Assembly (NCBI GenBank): GCA_965277805.1
Contig: OZ255842.1
Span: 3,616,001-3,680,000, forward strand
Reading direction: 5' to 3'
Length of the DNA: 64,000 bases
DNA from: Candidatus Lustribacter sp.
GTDB lineage: Bacteria; Vulcanimicrobiota; Vulcanimicrobiia; Vulcanimicrobiales; Vulcanimicrobiaceae
Made by a program: the position numbers and the translations under genes. Shown in pieces: positions 58,984 to 64,000 of the stretch (positions are counted from its first letter, which is position 1; every line of letters begins with the position of its first letter). Below the pieces are notes generated by a model. That model was not told the origin of the DNA and ran no database searches. It saw only the letters and a list, made by a program, of their open reading frames with translations.

Positions 58984-60202
58984 GGAACGTCAGGGGTTGG
59001 CAAAAGGCTCCATCGGTCGTTTCGAGTCGGATCTGCGAGGCAATGTTCTGTGCGCGCGCAAGCGCCGCCGGCCCATCTTCCGCGACCACGCCGACGTAAC
59101 CGCTGCGTTGCGACGTCCACCTGATCGGCTCGATGATGCCGTCGGACGGTAGCCAGTAGTCGAAGTCGATCACGCCGTCGCTTTCGGGCAGGCCTTCGGG
59201 TACATGCATCGTGCGCGCCGTGCAGGGGGGGAAAGCGAGAAACATGAGCACGGCACCTCGGTGTGCCGGCGAGATGTCAGCGTTGTCGGAGACGTTGCAC
59301 GCGAGACGAGCGGCTTCAACCATCGGATGATAACCACCGGTGTGCGCCGCAAGATCTGGCGTGATGCTGCCGCCGCAACGGGCGGCTAGTTCGATCGGCT
59401 TCGGCCCCTCGCTCGTCAGGGTGAATTCGATGTGCCCCGGACCCTTCGAAATACCGAGCAGCGCGGTGGCTTTATTGCACATCCGCTCGATGGCAGCGAC
59501 CGTTTTGGGATCTGTCTCGCCCGGATAGCCGATCGCCAAGTCGACACGATAGGGCGGTTCCGACTTTATCTTCCGTCCGAGGGCGAGAACGTGCGTCTTT
59601 CCATCCCTCACGAGCAGTTCGGCACTGAATTGCGGACCCGAAAGTGCCTGCTCGACGAGAATGTCGGAGCCTGGCAATGCATGCTCCTGCGCGAATGCGA
59701 AGGCGCCCGCGATATCGGCCTTATCGGAAACGAGGCTCACGCCGCGGGAACCACCGTGACTCATATCCGGCTTGATGATGACGGGCAAGCCGCCCACGGA
59801 GTCGACAGCCCGCATCGCCTCGTCTGCGGATGCAACGGTTTCGTACGGCACCAAGAGTTCGGAATCATCTGCCCAGTGGCGGCGCTGTGCGAGCTTGCTA
59901 ATCGTGCGATCGATAATCGCGCGTGGCAGACCGGGAAGCTTAAAGCGCGGCTGCAGATCGGCGGCACTGAGCATCGCGACTTCATTGATACCGATGATGC
60001 CGTCGACGCCGCCCATGTCGCGAATGGCCGCGTCGAGCGCGTCGACGTCGGCAGGCGCGATTTCGAGTCCGATGTTCGCCTCGGCTAGCGCATACTGCCG
60101 CGGCAGCTTATCTGCGACGGCTACCTCAAAACCGGCAGCACGCAACGCCTTGATCGACCCGATCGTGGAGCGATTGCCCCCGATCATCAATACGCGCGGC
60201 AC
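58970..60202 (-). CDS. ATP-grasp amide ligase
   Basis: PVIIKPD..GGSRGV, LVEQALSGPQFSAE, HIEF, IELAARCGG. Confidence 0.85.
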   Translation of the reverse strand: MPRVLMIGGNRSTIGSIKALRAAGFEVAVADKLPRQYALAEANIGLEIAPADVDALDAAIRDMGGVDGIIGINEVAMLSAADLQPRFKLPGLPRAIIDRTISKLAQRRHWADDSELLVPYETVASADEAMRAVDSVGGLPVIIKPDMSHGGSRGVSLVSDKADIAGAFAFAQEHALPGSDILVEQALSGPQFSAELLVRDGKTHVLALGRKIKSEPPYRVDLAIGYPGETDPKTVAAIERMCNKATALLGISKGPGHIEFTLTSEGPKPIELAARCGGSITPDLAAHTGGYHPMVEAARLACNVSDNADISPAHRGAVLMFLAFPPCTARTMHVPEGLPESDGVIDFDYWLPSDGIIEPIRWTSQRSGYVGVVAEDGPAALARAQNIASQIRLETTDGAFCQPLTFLATA

Positions 60203-60210
60203 GTTTGTGC

Positions 60211-61368
60211 CTACGCTCTAATCGCCGGCGAACCGGCCGAAAACGCGGTAACCGCTTGGATAACGCGCTCCTGCTCTTCGGCAGTCATCGTATTGTACAG
60301 CGGCAGCCGGATCAGACGATCGCTGCTCGATTCGGTTATGGGAAATTGTCCGTTGTGATAGCCGAGCTTCGCGCCATATTCCGACAGATGGAGGGGGACG
60401 TAGTGAAACACCGCGCCGATGTTCAAGCGCGCGAGATAGGCGATCAGCGCATCGCGGTCCTCAGTGGTCGGCAGCAACATGTAATAGAGGTGGTACGGCT
60501 GCGTGCAGTACTCGGGAACGGTCGGCTGTTGCACGCCGGAGCGCGAGCACCATTCGGCGAGTTCGCGCTGGTAGCGATCCCAGATCACTCCCCGGCGGGC
60601 TTGTATCTCGTCGGCCTTCTCTAGTTGCCCAAACAGAAATGCCGCCAGCAAATCGCTTCCAAGATATGAGGAACCGGGCTCGACCCAGCTATACTTGTCG
60701 ACGAGGCCTCTAAAGAAACGGCTCCGGTTCGTGCCCTTTTCGCGCACGATCTCCGCCCGCTCCACAAAGTTCGGATCGTTGACGATGAGCGCCCCGCCCT
60801 CACCGCAGACGATATTTTTGGTCTCGTGAAAGCTTTGGGTCGCGAAGGTCCCGAATGAGCCCAGCGGCCGGCCACGATACGCCCCAAAAAGTCCGTGGGC
60901 GTTATCCTCGACGATGTGCAATCCGTGCCGCGCCGCGATTTCGCTGATCTGATCCATCTCGCAGCTGACGCCGGCGTAGTGCACGATAGCGATCGCGCGC
61001 GTTCGCGGCGTTATCGCCGCCTCGATTAGGCGTTCGTCGATGTTCAGGGTGTCCGGACGAACGTCCACAAAAATCGGGCGGGCTCCCCGCAGGACGAACG
61101 CGTTCGCGGTCGACACGAACGTGAAGGACGGCATGATCACTTCGTCGCCTGGCTCCAAATCCAGCAGAAGCGCGCTCATATCGAGGGCGTGCGTACAGGA
61201 CGTGGTGAAGAGCGCCTTGAGCCCGCCGGTGGCACGTTCGAGCAGTTCGCTTGCCCGCTTCGTATAATGGCCGTCACCCGACAGGTGAGCGCGAGCGATG
61301 GCGTCGGTCATATAACCGACCTCGTCGCCCATGAGCACAGGGCGGTTGAAGGGGACTCGGTCGCTCAC
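60211..61368 (-). CDS. rffA: dTDP-4-amino-4,6-dideoxygalactose transaminase
   Basis: TTSCTHAL, VHYAGV, SFHETKN, EKGTNR, FHYVPLH. Confidence 0.9.
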   Translation of the reverse strand: MSDRVPFNRPVLMGDEVGYMTDAIARAHLSGDGHYTKRASELLERATGGLKALFTTSCTHALDMSALLLDLEPGDEVIMPSFTFVSTANAFVLRGARPIFVDVRPDTLNIDERLIEAAITPRTRAIAIVHYAGVSCEMDQISEIAARHGLHIVEDNAHGLFGAYRGRPLGSFGTFATQSFHETKNIVCGEGGALIVNDPNFVERAEIVREKGTNRSRFFRGLVDKYSWVEPGSSYLGSDLLAAFLFGQLEKADEIQARRGVIWDRYQRELAEWCSRSGVQQPTVPEYCTQPYHLYYMLLPTTEDRDALIAYLARLNIGAVFHYVPLHLSEYGAKLGYHNGQFPITESSSDRLIRLPLYNTMTAEEQERVIQAVTAFSAGSPAIRA

Positions 61369-61457
61369 GCCTGTAGCTTTGCCTCCAGGATACGGGCAAA
61401 CCCTCCCTCGCCGTGGTCTAGGTTCGCATAACCGCTAGCTCGAAACGCGGCACGTAT

Positions 61458-62057
61458 ATGCACATCCGTGACATTCTTAATTATGCGGCGGTCTACCGAG
61501 CGTTTACGGCTGTTGTCGGCGGGACTCGCGGCCGTACGCATTTTTCAGAATTCATTCGCGCGAAGGACGGGGACCGGATTCTGGATCTGGGTTGCGGACC
61601 CGCCGATATTGTTGAGTACCTGCCCAACGTGGAGTATATCGGGCTAGATTCAAATCCCGCATACATCGAAAATGCGCAGCAGCGCTGGGGAGTGAGAGGA
61701 ACGTTCATTTGCGCACCTGTCGCTGAAGCAACCGCTCAGCATGCCGGCACCTTCGACATCGTGCTTGCCATCGGCGTCCTTCATCACCTCACCGATAGCG
61801 AGGTTACCGAACTCTTCAAGGATGCGTTCCTCGCGCTGCGGCCCGGTGGAAGACTCGTCACCCTCGACGGCGTTTACACCAAGCGCCAAAACCCGCTGGC
61901 CCGGTTCTTGCTCTCGCAAGACCGCGGCAGATTCGTTCGCACGCAGACCGAGTACGAACGCCTCGCGCATACATCGTTTGCAAACATCGCATGCCACGTG
62001 GATAATCTCGCTGCACCCGTGCCATACACGCACTTGATCATGGAGTGCGCCAAATAA
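61458..62057 (+). CDS. Class I SAM methyltransferase
   Basis: LDLGCG, GVLHHL, LRPGG. Confidence 0.85.
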   Translation: MHIRDILNYAAVYRAFTAVVGGTRGRTHFSEFIRAKDGDRILDLGCGPADIVEYLPNVEYIGLDSNPAYIENAQQRWGVRGTFICAPVAEATAQHAGTFDIVLAIGVLHHLTDSEVTELFKDAFLALRPGGRLVTLDGVYTKRQNPLARFLLSQDRGRFVRTQTEYERLAHTSFANIACHVDNLAAPVPYTHLIMECAK

Positions 62058-62074
62058 GACGTCCCGGCAGCTCA

Positions 62075-63763
62075 ATGCAACCTGCCACTCTCTATCTATA
62101 CCTCGCCGGCCTAGCCGTCTTTCCGCTAGTATTACTGGCCGTTAATAGCTCGTGGGTGTTCCCACCTGTCGGGTGGCTCGATCCTTGGATTTATTCCGGA
62201 TACCATATGCACTTCAAAATGATGTGGGACGCTTGGCCACACGAGTATTACGGCTCACGCGCGCCTTGGACCGTGCTTGGCTTTATTGTCCACCGATTTT
62301 TTTCACCGGGCAGGTCGCTCATCATTCTTGCGTTGCTGCTCTTTTATGCTTCGGCCTATTCGCTTTTTTACGCGATTTACGCAGTCTTCAAGAATGCCTC
62401 AGCCGGATTTATTGCGGCATGCTGTCTCGGAACGAACTCGTGGTTTCTGCTCGCAATCGGCTGGAACTATGTAGATGGCCCGTCAATCGCCTGTACGCTG
62501 CTGAGCATTGCTGCGTTGGTCGCAACAGCACACGGAAAATGGTGCCGGACCGGCAGTGCCGTTTGGGGTGTCCTGTCGGCGGTATTAGTCGCGCTCTATC
62601 CGTTCAATCTCATCTTACTACCGGTAGAGCTATTGCTGTTTCTCGGAATCGATCGGCTCGCAAACCGACGCGCCGGCCTAAACATCGCCGCCTTTTGGGT
62701 CGCAGGCTTCGCCGGCGGCATCGTCGCGATCGGATTGGCTAACTGGGCCTTTGGGGGGAAGTTCGATTTCATCAGCGCGACGGTCGGCGCACTGCACCTT
62801 TTGACGCCGGCGGCCACAAACTACATCTACGTCGTTCCTTGGCACACGTGGGTGCGCGAGGCAGCGTGGCTGCTGATCCCATCAATCGCCTTTGTCGCTG
62901 GGATTGCACTGGTCGTCGCCAAACGTGAAACACTCGCACGTCGTTGGCAAGCCCCTAGCTCGGCGGCACGAGACGAAGAAGCTAGCACGCTGGTTCTCTC
63001 AATGGGTTTGATCGTGGCTGCTTGCTGCTTCCTTCTCATGCAGGCGTTGCAGTTCAGCGTTCTTGCGTTGTTCTTCCGCGCTAACGCGCTCTTGCCGTTT
63101 GCCTACCTTGCTTTCGGTGGTTTTGTCGCCGTTGCGCTTTCAGGCAAAACGCGCCGCGCTGCCGTAGCATTCTCCATTGCCGCAGCAGTAATACTCTTCG
63201 CACCGTGGCTGCTGGGATATTTTAAGGTCATAACTCTGCCACTACCTGCCGAGGTGTATCAGAACTTATTAACTGGCGTCGTTCGCGAATCGCTCTGGAC
63301 CCTCGCTGGCTCTGCGCTTCTTTTTTGCACGGTGCTATTTCGCTATCGGGTAATCGCACTATTATTGGTTGTGTTTATGGCAGTACTCAACGTCGCCACG
63401 TTGTCGCCGGGCAGTACAATTCACTTACCGCAGGACATGGCCGACCGCGATCGGACACTGGCGACGTTTGCTGCCTCAAAACTCATCGATCACGAGTTTA
63501 GCCGTATCCCGGCTATCTGGTGGGATCATACTGACCCCGAGGCGCCCACGTTTGCAAGCCTTGCCATAATGTACTTGGATCAGGGGCCGGCAGCAACACT
63601 CGCTCACGGCGACCGCGTCGTATTCATCCGCACATCAGGATTCCAGGACCTACTGGCTGTGTCGCCTTTTTCCGATCATCCTCTCCCGCTAACGGGAGTG
63701 CTCCGGCGCCACGTCCAGCGAGGCGCTACGGCTTTCGACCTGATAATCGGAACCGTCAAATGA
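62075..63763 (+). CDS. Polytopic membrane protein, GT-C-like, low GC
   Basis: WLDPWIY after TM1, YYGSR, WNYVD; many TMs. Confidence 0.6.
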   Translation: MQPATLYLYLAGLAVFPLVLLAVNSSWVFPPVGWLDPWIYSGYHMHFKMMWDAWPHEYYGSRAPWTVLGFIVHRFFSPGRSLIILALLLFYASAYSLFYAIYAVFKNASAGFIAACCLGTNSWFLLAIGWNYVDGPSIACTLLSIAALVATAHGKWCRTGSAVWGVLSAVLVALYPFNLILLPVELLLFLGIDRLANRRAGLNIAAFWVAGFAGGIVAIGLANWAFGGKFDFISATVGALHLLTPAATNYIYVVPWHTWVREAAWLLIPSIAFVAGIALVVAKRETLARRWQAPSSAARDEEASTLVLSMGLIVAACCFLLMQALQFSVLALFFRANALLPFAYLAFGGFVAVALSGKTRRAAVAFSIAAAVILFAPWLLGYFKVITLPLPAEVYQNLLTGVVRESLWTLAGSALLFCTVLFRYRVIALLLVVFMAVLNVATLSPGSTIHLPQDMADRDRTLATFAASKLIDHEFSRIPAIWWDHTDPEAPTFASLAIMYLDQGPAATLAHGDRVVFIRTSGFQDLLAVSPFSDHPLPLTGVLRRHVQRGATAFDLIIGTVK

Positions 63764-63842
63764 TTGCGCGATGGAGGATGGCTAAAGGCACTCCAGGATC
63801 GCCAACGCAGGGGCACAGTCTTACAGATAAAACCTGTCTACA

Positions 63843-64000
63843 ATGAAGATCCTCGTGCTTGGTGGAGATGGCTTCTGCGGCTGGCCCTCGGCACTGCACC
63901 TTTCAGCCCGAGGTCACGATGTCACGATCGTCGATAATCTTTCGCGACGAAAAATCGACGTCGAACTCGAGGTCCAGTCTCTAACCCCGATCGCCCCGCT
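63843..64000 (+). CDS. sqdB: UDP-sulfoquinovose synthase, N-terminus (runs off window)
   Basis: Manual translation MKILVLGGDGFCGWPSALHLSARGHDVTIVDNLSRRKIDVELEVQSLTPI. Confidence 0.85.
   Translation, partial: MKILVLGGDGFCGWPSALHLSARGHDVTIVDNLSRRKIDVELEVQSLTPIAP

Overview
A high-GC, gene-dense bacterial chromosome segment of about 66 genes, most on the minus strand. Its character suggests a diderm Terrabacterium, possibly Eremiobacterota/Vulcanimicrobiota. That is inferred from an SLH-plus-barrel OmpM-like protein and a Firmicutes-style lexA/yneA locus with CGAAC-N4-GTTYG boxes. From 1-46 kb it is mostly housekeeping: dusB, coaX-coaBC-panC, lexA, sucCD, thiolase/hbd/acyl-CoA dehydrogenase, gmd-rmd, dacB, scattered rml genes and an ECF sigma/anti-sigma operon. 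Three things stand out. (1) A class III transaminase + SRPBCC + acyl-ACP-reductase-like + unknown-gene module at 1.6-5.4 kb looks like a split fatty-amine pathway. (2) A dispersed REP-like repeat (TGTCATYCCGAGC...GAGGGACCGCCAC) occurs at 6 loci, one in-frame inside a gene, and local G/C strand skew flips at the intergenic copies, including where flanking genes are co-oriented. (3) A surface-glycosylation island at 47-64 kb couples a dTDP-4-amino-sugar transaminase, a GtrB-like GT2 and GT-C-like membrane proteins to a small-molecule assembly line: DmpG-like aldolase, aminotransferase, two 2OG-Fe(II) oxygenases, amidohydrolase, methyltransferases and an ATP-grasp ligase. sqdB begins at the window edge. 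No rRNA, tRNA, CRISPR array or transposase was seen. All product calls come from motif recognition by eye, and base counts are hand counts of 60-nt lines.
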